A DNA stretch of 64,000 nt. Origin: the human T2T-CHM13v2.0 reference genome, Homo sapiens. Positions 1 through 14,402 of this stretch are shown here, piece after piece (position 1 is the first letter of the stretch; the number at the start of each line of letters is the position of its first letter). Under the pieces are notes generated by a model. The model made no database searches. It saw only the letters and a list, made by a program, of their open reading frames with translations, and was not told the origin of the DNA. Location of the stretch: the NCBI RefSeq assembly GCF_009914755.1, contig NC_060936.1. One strand, given 5' to 3'. Position numbers and translations under genes: made by a program.

Positions 1-125
<125 letters not shown>

Positions 126-674
126 TGATATTAAAGATATTTTCTGCCTTCAGGTAAAAGGAGAAATCTGATATGTGGTGATCTTGTCACATGTCTGCTA
201 AAAAACAAACCCTTTGAGCCTTTCCATCTGCTATAGGATAACATCCACATTTCTCCAAGTGGCAGTCAGAAGCCCTCAGAATCTGACCACTGCCTCCCAC
301 TTCAGACTCAGTTCACCCTCTCCAGAAAACTATACTCCAGTCATGCCCATCATTCCTATACATACCCAGCCATTCTCCCTTGCATGCCGTTTCTAAGTTT
401 CTCTTCTCCTGTCTCTACCTGTCTGAGTTTTATTCCCATGATGCCCCATTATTACTATCTGTTAGAGCCAGTCTTTCACTCTGTAATCAAACAGAACGTT
501 TGCTCGCTCTCTTTGTATATATATCGTGTGACATTTGAAGGCGCTGTTAACTTGCAGTTTGCTTATTGCAATCTACACAGTTAAGGAATAGTGCAGTTTA
601 AAAAATTCTTGCAAATATAAAAAAATATTTTTCTAGGAACTGACATTTGTTCTTTTACTTGATTAAAAATATAG

Positions 675-762
675 ATGTTCTCCAAGCCAGCAATCAAAGA
701 AGTCTTAAAGTTCAGGCGTTGCATTCACTTGGAAGTCTTCTCATCTTCGCAGAAAAGAAAAG
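675..762 (+). CDS. CFAP54: CFAP54 internal coding exon (88 nt, phase 1->2): VLQASNQRSLKVQALHSLGSLLIFAEKK(R)
   Basis: atag|AT acceptor, AAAG|gtagat donor; stop-free; AG+G joins the next exon as Arg. Too short for the ORF track. Confidence 0.85.
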
Positions 763-1055
763 GTAGATTTTTAGAAGTCTGTAGAACAAGGGCAAAGGTT
801 TTTTATTTGCTTGTTTGAAGAAGTTTTTAATGAAAAAACATTGTCTTTCATAAATTTTAGTTCTTCAACAATACTACATTGCTACATTTTATTCATCAAA
901 TGCTACCTGAGAGAAACCATTAAGAACAGTGAATGTATTATAGTTATACGTATGTTAATTGACGTTGCTTCGGTGTATTTGCTTTCCCTTCTGGAAGGTA
1001 GATTTAATAATGGGTCTCAGAAAACTTACTGCTTGATGCTTTGTCTCTGTTTTAG

Positions 1056-1265
1056 GGCTGCTTTTAAGTGTTGGTGTCAAGCTCTTGATGACATATTCAG
1101 AAAACCAGACGTGCTACACACGTGGAAAGAATTTGGCCCCTCACTCACCAATGTCACCAACAGTCATTCACCTCCGGGTTTCAAAGACTACAGTGAGGAG
1201 TTTCTGTCAAGAGTTGGCATCTGGGGGTGTTTGCAAGGAGCAGTCATATCAGCAAAGATAGCACA
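1056..1265 (+). CDS. CFAP54: CFAP54 coding exon (210 nt, phase 2->2): AAFKCWCQALDDIFRKPD...GAVISAKIA(Q)
   Basis: tttag|G acceptor after a pyrimidine tract, GCACA|gtgagt donor; lies in ORF 811..1269; protein recognised as CFAP54. Confidence 0.92.
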
Positions 1266-1562
1266 GTGAGTGTGAGGATGGAAGGATCTGCATACTAGCT
1301 AACAGCTTCCTTGTGGGGTGCCCTCCTGTGCCATACAAAGTGCTATGCCTCATGCACACTGGATTTCTGGGAGGTTATGTCCATATCATACAGGGCCTTA
1401 CAGTTTATTTACTTATTTGTGATGTTTATTGCTTATGATTATCTCTTCTTCCTGTAACACAACTCTTGCCCCAAAATATCAGTGTCACCCGGGCCCAGGT
1501 GTTTGCTTTGCTTACTCATGGATCCCAAGTGCCAGATATGCAGCTGGCATTCAATAACTACT

Positions 1563-1877
1563 TGTTTTTTTTGTTGTTGTTTGGGTTTTTTTTTTGAGAC
1601 GGAGTCTCACTCTGTTGCCCTGGCTGGAGTGCAGTGGCTTGATCTCAGCTCACTGCAACCTCCGTCTCCTGGGTTCGAGATTCTCCTGCCTCAGCCTCCC
1701 GAGTAGCTGGGATTACAGGTGGCCACCACCATGCCCAGATAATTCTTTTGTATTTTTAGTAGAGACAGGATTTCACCATGTTGGCCAGGCTGGTCTGGAA
1801 CTCCTGACTTCTGGTGATCTGCCCACCTCAGCTTCCCAAAGTGCTGGGATTACAGGCATGAGCCACGGCGTCTGGCT
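1563..1877 (-). mobile_element. Alu (AluS-like)
   Basis: Full dimer with a T-rich tail on +. Confidence 0.95.
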
Positions 1878-2065
1878 CAACAATGACTTGTTGCGTGGTC
1901 AAATGAATGAGCAGTTGGTGAGGAAGCAGGAAAACAGTGTGGAGGCAGTCAGGCATGGGCCTCATTCAAAAGTGTACTAGAAACCAGTTACTTTCAACAA
2001 GTTTCACATTCCTTCTGAGCCTCAGTGTCCTCATCTCTAAGCCAAGGTGGTAAAAATTACATGCT

Positions 2066-2872
2066 ATACTGCATCAGTTTGCTAGGGCTATCATAACAAA
2101 GTACCACAGACTGGGTGGCTTAAACAACAACTTTGTTATCTCATGATTCTGAAGGCTAGAAGTTGGAGAACAAGGTGTTGGTTAATTGGTTTCTTCTGAA
2201 GCCTCTCTTCTTGGCTTGTAGAAAGGTCACTGTGTCCACAGTGGTCTTTCCTCAGCATGTCAATATCCTAATCTCCTCTTCTTATATGGATACCAGTCAT
2301 ATTGGATTAGGGCCCACCTCTGTGGCCTCATTTTCACTTAGTTACTTACCTCTTTCAATGCCCTGTCTCCAAGCATGTTCACAATCTGAGGTTACTGGGT
2401 ATGTTAGGCTGTTCTTGCTTTGCTACAAAGAAATACCCAAGACTGAGTAATTTGTAAAGAAAAGAGGTTTAATTGGTTCGTGGTTCTGCAGGCTCTACAG
2501 AGAGCATGGTACCAGCATCTGCTGGGTTTCTGGGGAGGCCTCAGGAAGCTTTCAATTATGACAGAAGGCCATATTTGAATATGGGAGCCCGCATCTCACA
2601 TGGCAAGAATGGGAGCGAGAAAGAGTGGGAGGTGCCACACTCTTTTAAACAACCAGATGTGATGTGAACTCACTCATCACCAAGGGGATGGCACTAAGCC
2701 ATTCATGAGGGATCCACCACCATGATCCTAACACCTCCTGTCAGGCCCCACCTCCAATACTGGGGATAACAGTTTAGCATGAGATTTGGTGGGGACGTAT
2801 ATTCAAACTATATCACTAAGAGTTAGGACTTCAACATATGAATTTCTAGGGGATAGAATTTAGCCCATAATA
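2066..2872 (-). mobile_element. MLT1-type MaLR solo LTR interrupted by an MST-type LTR (~2398-2815)
   Basis: MLT1 motif ataacaaagtaccacagactgggtggcttaaacaac; MST motifs aagaggtttaattgg...attcaaactatatca; MLT1 resumes at gttaggacttcaacatatgaat. Confidence 0.75.
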
Positions 2873-2877
2873 CATAC

Positions 2878-3376
2878 TGTATTAGTGTCCTTTTTGCTGC
2901 TGTAACAAATTACCCTAAACCTAGCGGCTTAAAACAAAACAGGTTTATTATTTTACAGTTATAGAGTTCAGAAATCATAAAATAAGTGTGTCATCAGGGC
3001 TGTGCTTCCTCTGGAGGCTCCTGGCGAGAAGCTGATTCCTTATCTTTTCCAGCTTCTTGAGGTCTCTTGCATTCCTTGGCGCATGGCCCCACCTTCTGTC
3101 TTCAAGACCAACAGCTGAGCGTCTTTCCCCCACACCTGCCTCTCTCTGTCTGTCTCTCATATTTTCTTCCATCTTCACATCTCCTTCTCTGTCTCTGACC
3201 CTCCTGCCTTTCTCTTATAAGGGCCATCGTGACGATCCAGGATAATCTTCCTTATCTCAGTGGCCTTAATTTAATCACATCTGCGAAGACTTTGTTGCCC
3301 TGTAAGGTCACATATTCATAGGTTCTGGAGATTAGGGCATGAATATCTTTGGGGGACCATTATTTAGCCTACCACA
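2878..3376 (-). mobile_element. MLT1C/D-type MaLR solo LTR
   Basis: tgtattagt...gctgctgtaacaaattacc ... gcctaccaca termini. Confidence 0.8.
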
Positions 3377-4941
3377 CATAACACATGTGAATGTCTTCAA
3401 GAATGGCTTACGCATAGCTAGCACTCACAAATATCTGAAGTATTTCAAATTTCTGATTAACATGAGAAATTTGAAAAGTATGGAGGGATTAGAGGTATAG
3501 GTTTCCTTCATCTCTCCAGTTACAGTTACCTCTTTAGCTTACCTGTCGGAGGTGGTGAGCAACAACCTGCATAGTGTTTTAAGCTGTAGAGCACACTTAA
3601 AACTTAACTGTTCCTAGGTAGTGATCACATTGCTTTCAGATTAGCATCTTCAGTCAGGGAAGTAAGAAAGTACTGCTTTAAAAGTATTAAACGTCAAAGA
3701 TTTAGACCTCTGTCAAGTTTGATTTTTTTGTGCTCCTGGGATAGAACACACACACGCACACACACACATACAATTTTCTCTCTCTCAACAAAATCTGAGC
3801 TTGTGACTTATTGGAGCTTGGCAATTGGGAATGGAAAAGCCAAGGAAAGGAACAGCTTGGAAAGGAACAGCTACAGCCTTCCTGCCAGAGGGCACCTCCG
3901 CTTCTCTGAGCTTCTGAAGTTATTACCAAGTGATTTTCAACAAACAGAAAGTCATTTCCTGGTTTCCCAGCCAGAAGTCTGACTGCCATAGGAGATGTCA
4001 TTCTACGGGGGCTTTGGCTGTTTTCCTAGACTCCCTGAGTAGAGGAAACTCTTCTCCCCGCCCTGTAAAATACCACACTTGAAGATCCACACAGTGAAGC
4101 TGAACTGAGGTAGACTACATTAACATTGTTGTTAATGTAGTGAACCTGACTGGTTTTATCTAAGAAAGACTTAGGAGAAGGTAATGTGGTTTGTAGTTGC
4201 AAATGTGAATTTTAAGACTCATATATAGAACACTCAAACTCTTCTTCTAAGGGACATAAAATGAAAGAGTTGTAAATGGAGAGACATTAATGTTTGGTGG
4301 AGATACTTAATGTTGTGAATGGCTCCATAATAAACAGCTAGAGAGAAAATACAATGCTTCAGTCTTTAGGGGGAATTATTTAACCGCACTCATCAAAAGC
4401 CTTTACTGTGCGCCCCCTTTTACCAAAAACTTCCACGTCCAGGGGTTCATTCAGTGGAACCAATAGGATAAGTGCTCAAAAGTGTAGGCATAACAATGTT
4501 TACCTCAGCATTGGAAAATGCCAAAGTGGAGATTCATATTTTTATGTTATGGCACATCTGTATGATAAAACATTAAAGTTCTTTAGAATAATGATATAGT
4601 TCATTATGTCTGTGAATGAAAAATTTGTTTATAAAGTAGTATGTATTGCATAATTCTAGTCTTAATATGTATGTATATGTTTCTCCGTGTGTATAATTAT
4701 ATACAGAAAAAGTACATATAAGGAAATTGACTAAAATGTTACTAGTAATCATATTTAGGCAGTAGGATTATAGGGGATTTTTTATCTTCTTTAATATATT
4801 TTCCTTCTATTTTCTTATATATTTATATGTATGCATTTTTCTTATACTTTTTGTGTTCTAGATATATATGTAAAGACATTTATATCAAAATGTTTTTGGA
4901 AAATTTCTACTAATCAATTTTTTTTTCTTATACTTACTTAG

Positions 4942-5008
4942 ATTTATTAAGTCATTGAATGTTGAAAAGAAAACTGACTGTTGCATTTTGTCTGCGTTAC
5001 TCTTTCAG
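4942..5008 (+). CDS. CFAP54: CFAP54 coding exon (67 nt, phase 2->0): FIKSLNVEKKTDCCILSALLFQ
   Basis: cttag|A acceptor, CAG|gtaaca donor; phase matches both neighbours. Confidence 0.9.
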
Positions 5009-5186
5009 GTAACACTCTATGTATGTATGTTTTTCCATTGTAGCACAACCATTCATTGGATCAGTAAAAAAAAGTTTATCATATTCAGAAAACTCACAGG
5101 TAGCAAAATAACATGAATCTTGATTAAATATGACAAGCCCGTCTTTCTCTTGCTGGCTGAACCCCTGTGAGACTTTCACCTTTAAT

Positions 5187-5486
5187 TTTTTTTTTTCTTT
5201 TTTTGAGACGGAGTCTCACTCTGTCAGCCAGGCTGGAGTGCAGTGGTGTGATCTCAGCTCACTGTGACCTCTGCCTCCCGGGTTCAAGCAATTCTTGTGC
5301 CTCAGCCTCATAAGTGGCTGGGACTACAGGCGCGCACCACCACACCCAGCTAATTTCTTGTATTTTTAGTAGAGCTAGGGTTTACCATGTTGGCCAGGCT
5401 GGTCTCAAACTCCTGACCTCAGGTGATCCACCCGTCTTGGCCTCCCAAAGTGCTGGGATTATAGGCGTGAGCTACCATGCCTGGCC
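5187..5486 (-). mobile_element. Alu (AluSx-like)
   Basis: TSD CACCTTTAAT at 5177-5186 and 5487-5496. Confidence 0.95.
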
Positions 5487-7153
5487 CACCTTTAATATTT
5501 AACAGAGTCAGTTTTCTCCTTTACACTGCAGAAGAAGGAGTTTTACAGATGGGGAAACTGAGTCTCCTGTCATTAGGAAGATCATGTTACTAGTAATCAG
5601 TATGAAGCCAGTCTGACTTCAGATAGTTGCCTTAGGTTACCTCATCTCTAAATTCAGTTTTGCTTGGTTATATGATATAAAATCTATCTTATGATAAAGG
5701 TGAAAAATAACTTGAAGACTACAGGAGAGGTATGCTTACAGTTCTCAGAATTTTGGTTTGCCTTCACTGAAGAAGAAAGGAGCTTTTATCTGAAATACAA
5801 GACATTTTGAAATTCCAAAATGTAACCAGGGGCCTTTGTAATCTACTGAAGGTTCTATTTACTTTGAAGGATGGGCACTCTTGTTCTGTGTATCAGAGAA
5901 GTCTCACAGCTTATGAAATCTAAATAAGTGAGTTCTTCAGGAAGGCCTTCTCTGAATGGAAGGCCAGACTTTTCAATTTTCTTATGTTCCTTACGCCTCT
6001 TGCCTGGGCTTCAAAGGGAAGAAGTACAGGAGGCAAGGGTGTAAAGGAAATGACCCGACTCTGACTTCTTACGTCGCATTCTTTACTTTCTGATACTCCT
6101 TGTTCTTGAAGATAATGCTGTTTATGTTTTAGAAAATATGTGTTTTAACAAATATTTAACTTTCTGCTTAATGTGGACAATATGTGTATTATTTCTTAGT
6201 AATACTATACCTAAAATAAAAATTAGCTGGTGGGATTTATTTTAAAAGCCTATTAATTCTTTTTATGGTTTTAAAACAAATTTGTGATAGTAAAAATTTC
6301 AACAACTACAAAGTATTTTAGAATAGGATATCTCATGACCTTAATAAGCCATTGGATTGAAATTCTTTCTGATATATACATTAAAATAATTTCATGATGC
6401 ATTTGTCATTAAGAAATTCTAATTGTTAAAATAACAAAAGAAGCACCCTTAAATGAAAAATGTGTTTTGTGTGTTCATCTTGTTTCTCCAACATCTAGTG
6501 TAATGTTGGTTACATAAATTACCAAAAACTAGTGGTCAAATTAAACAATAATCTTTTCATTTAAGCAGGTAAAAGTTTGGAATTACCTCTGCCTGATTGA
6601 GACTTCTGAAACAAGTAGTCATTTCCTCTACTTATAGCTTGGTATAGTGGAAAGAACATAGTTTTTTTTTATTTGTTTGTTTGTTTGTTTGTTTTTTAGC
6701 TAAATAGACATGACTTTGAATCTCCTTTCTGCCATCGTTAGCTGTGTGACTTCAGATAAGTTGTTTAAGCCTCAATTATATCATTTGTGACATAATAATC
6801 CTTCTAAGAGCAGGTTAAAATAACATTAAATGAGATAATGTTTATAAAGAATTTACCAGCAGTGCTTAACATAAGATTGACCCTCAACAAAACATAATTT
6901 AATATAATGATAATTTCTTTGAAAATAAGAAGTATCCAACTACCATGGAATTTAAAAAGCCCATCTGGAGTGATAAAAGCATTTGGAACCTGTAATGATG
7001 ATAATATAAATGATAAGTACCATTTATTACAAAGTACAGTGTGCTAGGCATATACTAAGCATTTTATAAAGCAATACATGTATTTATCTTTTTTGTTTCA
7101 TTATTGAAAATGCTATCTATAGCTCTTTATATTTCACTTTTTTTCATTTTCAG

Positions 7154-7336
7154 GGTTTGCTTAGAACAACACTTCCACATCCCAAAGCTGAACGTTGCTA
7201 TGCTCAATATGAAATCACTCAGCTTCTCCCAGGCATTGAACTCTTCTCAGATAGATACAGGGCTGACATTTGCTCTGTAATTGCAAGTCTGTATTACATT
7301 ATACGTGAACTGCACTTTGTTAGGCAAAACCTAATA
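7154..7336 (+). CDS. CFAP54: CFAP54 coding exon (183 nt, 0->0): GLLRTTLPHPKAERCY...ELHFVRQNLI
   Basis: ttttcag|G acceptor, ATA|gtaagt donor; ORF 7157..7351. Confidence 0.93.
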
Positions 7337-7944
7337 GTAAGTAATTTGTAAAATCAAAATTATATATCACTGGGATATTTTGCTCCACTTACCTCATACT
7401 TTTAAAATTTTGCTAATGTTCTTTTGGTCAGTTACTGTTTAACTTTTAAACTCTATATATGTGGGATTCTTACTTACACTTCAAACTAAAATGTATTAAT
7501 TAATATTCTTTCTTTGCATTTTGGATACAAAAGCAGTCTATTTGACTTTTTCTCCTTTTACTGTGTTACTTTATATTTTTTTCTTAAGTTAGTTGGTGAA
7601 ATTGATCAGAATGCATCACTGATCTCAAACACAGAAATCTAGTGTACTTGTAAGCCACTGCATTAAGTTGTTCAGGTTATATCAATCCCAAAACTGTGAG
7701 AGTGTTTCTTTATTGAGATAAGTTTATCTTTATGTCTCTTGTCTTTTCTCTGTCAAGGGTGCATCTAAGAGAAAAATAGGTTCTAAGTATGAGGTAAAAG
7801 ACAGACATTTCTTAATGTCCTAGGAAATAAAAAATCCAAGTACAGCTCTCCTCTCCTTTGGGGAAAGAAATCACAGTGTATGTCATAAATTTGAAGCTGG
7901 TTGCATTAAAAAAATTAGTATGTTCTATTAGAATTGTTGGCCAT

Positions 7945-8165
7945 TTTATATTTTCCTCCATTATTTCATCTTTTTTCTTTCTTTATGTTCTTTCCTTATT
8001 TTTTCGCATCTCTTTTTCTCCTTTGTTTGCTTCTTTACATCTATTCTTTCTCCTTTTCTGCTTTTTTCCCTTTCCTCCATGATTTTCATACCTTCTTACT
8101 TTTTTCCCCCATATATTTTTTTCTATTCTCTCGGTATATTTGTTCTTCTGAATTCAACTCTCTCT
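7945..8165. repeat. T/C-rich low-complexity tract
   Basis: ~220 bp almost free of G; explains the Phe-rich spurious ORFs. Confidence 0.8.
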
Positions 8166-9746
8166 TTATACTGAAAATATTTATTGCCCCCTGATATGAA
8201 TTGTTAACTTATAAAACCATGTATTAAAGAGATTGATAAGTGCATTTAACACTTGGCAGACTTGGTGAGATATTGTTTATTTTTTAAAAATAACAAAATG
8301 GTGCCCCTCTCACTGTTAAAGGGATTCATTTCTGGGTTGAAGAAATAGTTCTATCCCCTGGGTAACCTTTAGCTGCCTAGTCATATTCGTATATAATACA
8401 TATCACTGTGCTGGAAAAGAAATGAGGTTTTTTTTTCTCTAAAGCTGAAGAAATTGAGAATGTTTTTCTGAATAATTGAGCAATTGGCAGCAATAAAATG
8501 GTGTGTTTTTATTTCTTACTAAAGAAAAGAAACTAAATCTCAAAGGTAATCGCCAACTTTTAATGTTTTGTGCTGCATTAATTGTGGAAAAAGGTATTGT
8601 GTTATGTTTGTAGGGCATAGTTATAGAAAAATGTATTGTATTATGTTTGAAATCATTTAAGACCAGTTCTAATCCTTTTAAAAAGCTGTTGCTATTAGCA
8701 GCTGCCAGTTGACTGACAATTAGAGGTTCCCCAGGTGAAATTGCAAGAAGTAAACAGTTTCCATTTTGTATTACATTAACCTTCTCCAGAAGAAGCCCAG
8801 TGGCTAAGGGGACTTCTGTGGAATATAAAATTTGCTATGTGACCCAGAGCTGTGGAGCTATGGGAAATAGTTTGCTAACTAATGGGGATCCCAATCTCCC
8901 TTCCACTCCATCTTCCTTTGGCAGGGAAGGCTACAGTTGCAGGAGCTGAGCTTCAGGTTTGATTTGAGGTCAGGAGCTGTTCCAGTGTTAGGCAAAACTG
9001 TCCTCTCCACATCTTTCTCTGGATGGATCGTGGTTGGGCCATTTGAAATATTGATGGTCTATAAGCCTTCACATATATCCATGGGACTTCAAGAGCAATT
9101 GAACTTGGGGTGAATTCTAGGAAAATAAAAATATTATGAGAAGAGTAAGCTTGGGTTTTAACCAGTAGAATATACGCTATGTGAAGGCAGGGACTTGTTA
9201 GATTTTGTTCTCATTCAACGGTGCCTAACACATAATAGGCATGTTATAAATATTTTTTGTTGATAGACAAATTCTAATTGAAGACAAAAAGCAGCTGGCA
9301 TTGAAATGAATAAGTAGGATCCAGTTAGGGAGCAGAGATTGAGTTCCTTTGCTTTAAATTTTCCATTTATTTGGTAGCTCATTTGCTAGAATTTTTCCAC
9401 AGGCCACAGTGATTCATATATTTATGTTGAGTTAATCATTTTCAAGGAAGATAATTGATTAGATTTTAACCTCTTCCTGCTTAAAGAGATGTGCAACCTA
9501 GGTTTGGGGTACCAAGTGGCATCTACTGGGAACTGTAAGTCTCTGATAGCATCTTAAAGTTCCGATAAACTTATGAAGCATGTGCTAGATAGATTATTTC
9601 ACTTATTTTCAACAGTATAGTTTCCTAGCATGGAAAGCAAATCAGTATATAACATATCCTATATTTAATATTTGGCTAAATTTGATTATTAGGTTATTAG
9701 TTTGATAAAATATATTTTGAAACAAAGAGTGTTTTTCTCCTGATAG

Positions 9747-9833
9747 GTTCTGCCTCTCCTTGCATTGTATCAATATTTTGTTTCTGGAATTTGTCAAGAC
9801 ATAACAAGAAATCTAGAAGCAAGAATCCTCAAG
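9747..9833 (+). CDS. CFAP54: CFAP54 coding exon (87 nt, 0->0): VLPLLALYQYFVSGICQDITRNLEARILK
   Basis: gatag|G acceptor, AAG|gtatgt donor; in frame. Confidence 0.9.
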
Positions 9834-10513
9834 GTATGTTACAAGCTTTTAAGACATTTGATATTCTTGAACTATTAAGGATATTGTCATGTATTAATTT
9901 GATTCTAGGACTTATAATAACAAGCTGATAATAACATGGCATTACACTGATGTAAGAAATAACTTACCCATTATTATAATAAAGTATGAGAAAGAGCCAG
10001 TCAGAAAGGTGTAGATTATTTTATGCTTGGGCCACAGTAAAGTGAGGAACAGCTGCACATGGAAATAAGGCTCACCCAACACCAACTGGCCTGGAAATCA
10101 CCACTTCTGAGAGACTGGCTTCCTGGTGAAGACCAACTGAACCAGATTTCTGAGCTTCTGTGAATTTATTCCTAAGAGCCTTTATGGATATCATGGTACA
10201 CAAGAATTTTTCAATGCACAGGTAATTGAATTAACAAGATCAGATAGATGCTAAATTACAAAAAATCTTATAATCCAGAAGTCAGTTAAGGTTCTCTGCC
10301 TTTGAGATTCATGTGTGATTGATTGGCTTGAACACCACATGGAGTGGGAAGCACCTTGTTCTCTCTGCTCTCTTTCCTAATCACCCATGTTGCCAGCTCC
10401 CACTTTTGTTGAATTTGTTTTGTACGTGGATAATCTCAATATCCAACAAATATGCTCCCAGTTCTGTACTTCCTCAACTCTAATATAGAATTCAACTCTA
10501 TTTTATATCTTAC

Positions 10514-10547
10514 GCACACACACACACGCGCACACACACACACACAA
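10514..10547. repeat. Interrupted (CA)n microsatellite (a shorter one lies at ~3746-3771)
   Basis: Direct reading. Confidence 0.9.
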
Positions 10548-10716
10548 CATATATTCACCCTTTTTTCTATAGTGGACTTTACTAAAAATTAGGAAGACAG
10601 AGAAATTTAAGTTGAGGCAAAACAAACAATTGAAGATAGAACATTTGGCTTTCTTGAGCTTAAAATCTTTCTTGGCCATCATCTCATGCTTTTGCCTCCA
10701 ACTGAATGGAGTAATC

Positions 10717-11247
<531 letters not shown>

Positions 11248-14200
11248 GCTTCATTCATACTTCTGCTTTTGTGGAAATACTCTCTGCGTTTTGTCCCCAA
11301 ATTTATCCCATTTTCTAATAAGGGAAAATTAAACTTCCATTTGAATTTCGCTTCGTGTCTAAACCCTGCCCTGGGGCCTATATTTTCAGACCCAAATAGT
11401 TTGTTGCATGCTATTTCTAAGTAAAGAAATTAAGAATTCTAGTGCTGATTATTAATAATTTTAACCTGGGAATAAATAATTTGTTACTGATCATGAAAAT
11501 TTCTGAATCACCCTCTCTGAGTTACTGAACTCTTATGAGTTCTCTTGCTTTTGAATTCCAACACTTTTAAAAGAAACTCCATGTAACTTTTCTCTCTTTT
11601 TTACAAAAGATAATGTTCTCTTCAATATTGCAAAATTCTTAAGGCTAGGATCTGTATCTTATTCATCTTTTAATTCCCTGCAGTATCTTGAGTAACACAT
11701 TCACATAGTTGAAATTCAGTAATTAACTATTGAATTTAAAATCTGCAGGCATTTATCAAGTGCCTACTGTCCACTCTCTATAGTGTTTAGTGGGAACTCA
11801 CCTAGAAAATACTTGGTAGATATTTATTGATGTAACTCTAAAACAACATTTATTGAGTACTTTCTATTTAAAAGCACCATGTTAGTAACTCCAGTCAAAG
11901 AAATGTAACCAATGGTCCTTGCTTATAAGGAAGTGAAAACTGAGAAGAAAGACAGAATGTATACCCAAGACAATAATGTTGGTACCTGCCACTCGGTCAT
12001 TTCCAAATGAGTGTGATGAACACTCTCCAGGAGTTCGAAAGAGGAAAAAATGGCTTTGAATCTTTAGGTTTCATAAGTAGGTAAGATTTAGACTTGAAAA
12101 GAGTAGAATTCATGGAGCAGGAGAGAGGAAAAAGGGAACACTTCTTGGCAGTCAGTGTGAAAGATAGGTGAGAAAATATTGACTTGTTTAGGGGGCGGGG
12201 TGGTTCAGTTACACTAGAGTGGAGGTTTTGGGTAGGCAGGTTGTAGAAGATAACATGAGTATACCAGAGGTCGATGACATTGAGAATACCAGGGACCTAG
12301 TCTTGAATTCCCAACTCTGAAGAGATGTAATTTGGAGGTGGAGCCATGAGAGAAATGAAGAGATTGCAATATCTGAATTGTGTAACATGTACAGTCTGGT
12401 CTGTCCTTAAGAGGCAAGAAGCATGAAAGGGTTGCAATGATCATAACTCAACAAGAGGAGATCTAGAGGGGCACCAAAGGACATAATCTGGAACAAAATG
12501 GCTAGATGACTTTTTTTTTAATCATATTGTTAGCACTTGGTAGCTGTTTTTGTCCTAGAGTAGCATAAAAACCAGAGAAGAACTGTGGACTCAATTCTGG
12601 AGAACTGGGTTGGAGAATTAATTATAGAATTTATATAGAATCTTATTATTTTCTATAATTAATTAATTATAGAAATTGGATCAGGAGAATGACATGATCA
12701 TATCTGGTATCTGGTAGCAGTGCCAGGAGTAGAGTAAGCAGTGGGATCTTATTGGCATAGTAGGATTGAAAAACCAGACTAGGGTTTTGACAGAAGCAGT
12801 GAAAGAGGACAAATGATGGATTATACAGAGGAAGGAATGACAGCCTGTGTGAGCAGAGTTTGCCTGACCTTTCTGAAGTAAACTGGGGTCAGGGAGTTGG
12901 AAGAGAGAAAAGTCATAGTCAGGAAATAACATGCAATGATGCTTCCTGACAAATCAAAGAGCAATAATAGATCACACTCTGAAGTTTCTATAGTGCCCTA
13001 GTGTCTTTCAGGGAAAGCTTTAAGACCTCTTCATGATCAGCTGGCCTGGCTTCACTTTAGAACTGCCAACATCTTGAAAGATTTGTCACTGTCAACACAT
13101 CAAACCTAGAAAGGGTACCAATGATTCTATATTTGTGTGAGTGAATGGTTGATTTATGGGTAGTTCTTTTTGCTGTCTGGCTTGTTTGTGTTTGCAGTGT
13201 TGGTCACCTCTGAAAATATATGTCCATTATTTACCCAATTTATTTTTCAAATGGTCAGATTGGTATGATAAACTGAAGCCAGAAAGAGTCCATGTTCAGA
13301 AATCTTATAGTCAAGACTCAAGGAAACTAACCACATACAGATATGGGGAAGTGTTTCCTCCTAGGGGTAATGAGAAAAATGGTCATCTAGAAACCTGAAA
13401 GAGTTTATATGTCTCCCCTGAACCTCCTTTGATATTATATGGCACTGGGGAGATTAGACCCCAAGGTGTCTTAGGCAAAGACCAAAGTATGCAACTCAAT
13501 AGACAAGCTATTTTCTCTTTCTTATTAATAATATTTTCCTGATTTTTATATTTTATTTTCATGTTACTTATGTATCCAATTTCCCACTAGCCCACCTTTT
13601 TATTTCTTTAAAATTCACACACTCTTGAGATTCCTAAGATAATAATAAATGGGAAACAGAGAGTATGATGGGTGGACATGCTGAGGATAAATGGAGTTTT
13701 CTTTTCCTATGTTATGTATTTACATGTTAATCTAATTTCATACTTTATTCTCTGCTTCCACATTTACCCTTCTCTATTCTCTACAAAGTCACTAGATAGC
13801 TTTCACAATTTAAGTCAGGTTAGGGCCCTGTCCTGTTTAAAACTCTCCAATAACTCCTTACCACACAGAGAATAACATGCAAAATCCCTACTCTGGTCTT
13901 CAGGTTCTACTTGACCTTTCTTGGCCAGCATTCACATTCACCTCCTGACCTCCTCCCCTTGCTCCCTGAGTTCTGCCGTATGGCCTCTACACTAAGGTCC
14001 CTTAGCAGATTTTCATGTCTGTCTCCTTTAATGCCATTCCCAAATCTTCTCTTGAAGGTTTCCTTCACAGAGAATTCCTTCCTGACCACAGTCTTGAAAA
14101 TAGCATTTGTGAGTACCCTGTATCCCTTTGTATGTTGTGTATATCTTCATGTGTCACTGAAACTTAGATAAACATGCATCCCAATGGAACATAACCTCCA

Positions 14201-14402
14201 AGAGGGCTTGGTACATATGTGGTGCTCCATAAATATGTTGAACAAATTTAAGTAAGAACTCCTTTTTCTATAATTTTCTGATTGATGATCCTGCTGGATT
14301 ATATTCAAATTAAGCCATATAAAATATATAGCTATAAATTGATTAATATTTTAAAATATATGTATTTAAAATTAACAGTGGCCATTAATTATGGATAAGA
14401 AA

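Noticed and set aside
811-1055. N-terminal part of the 152-aa ORF
   Set aside because: Intron between exons 675-762 and 1056-1265 that happens to be stop-free in that frame
1594-1980. Alu-derived ORFs (also 10883, 26596, 34077, 48123, 54380, 57069 and others)
   Set aside because: Translations of Alu consensus frames, not genes
7858-8194. Phe/Leu-rich 'membrane' ORFs
   Set aside because: Artefact of a T/C low-complexity tract
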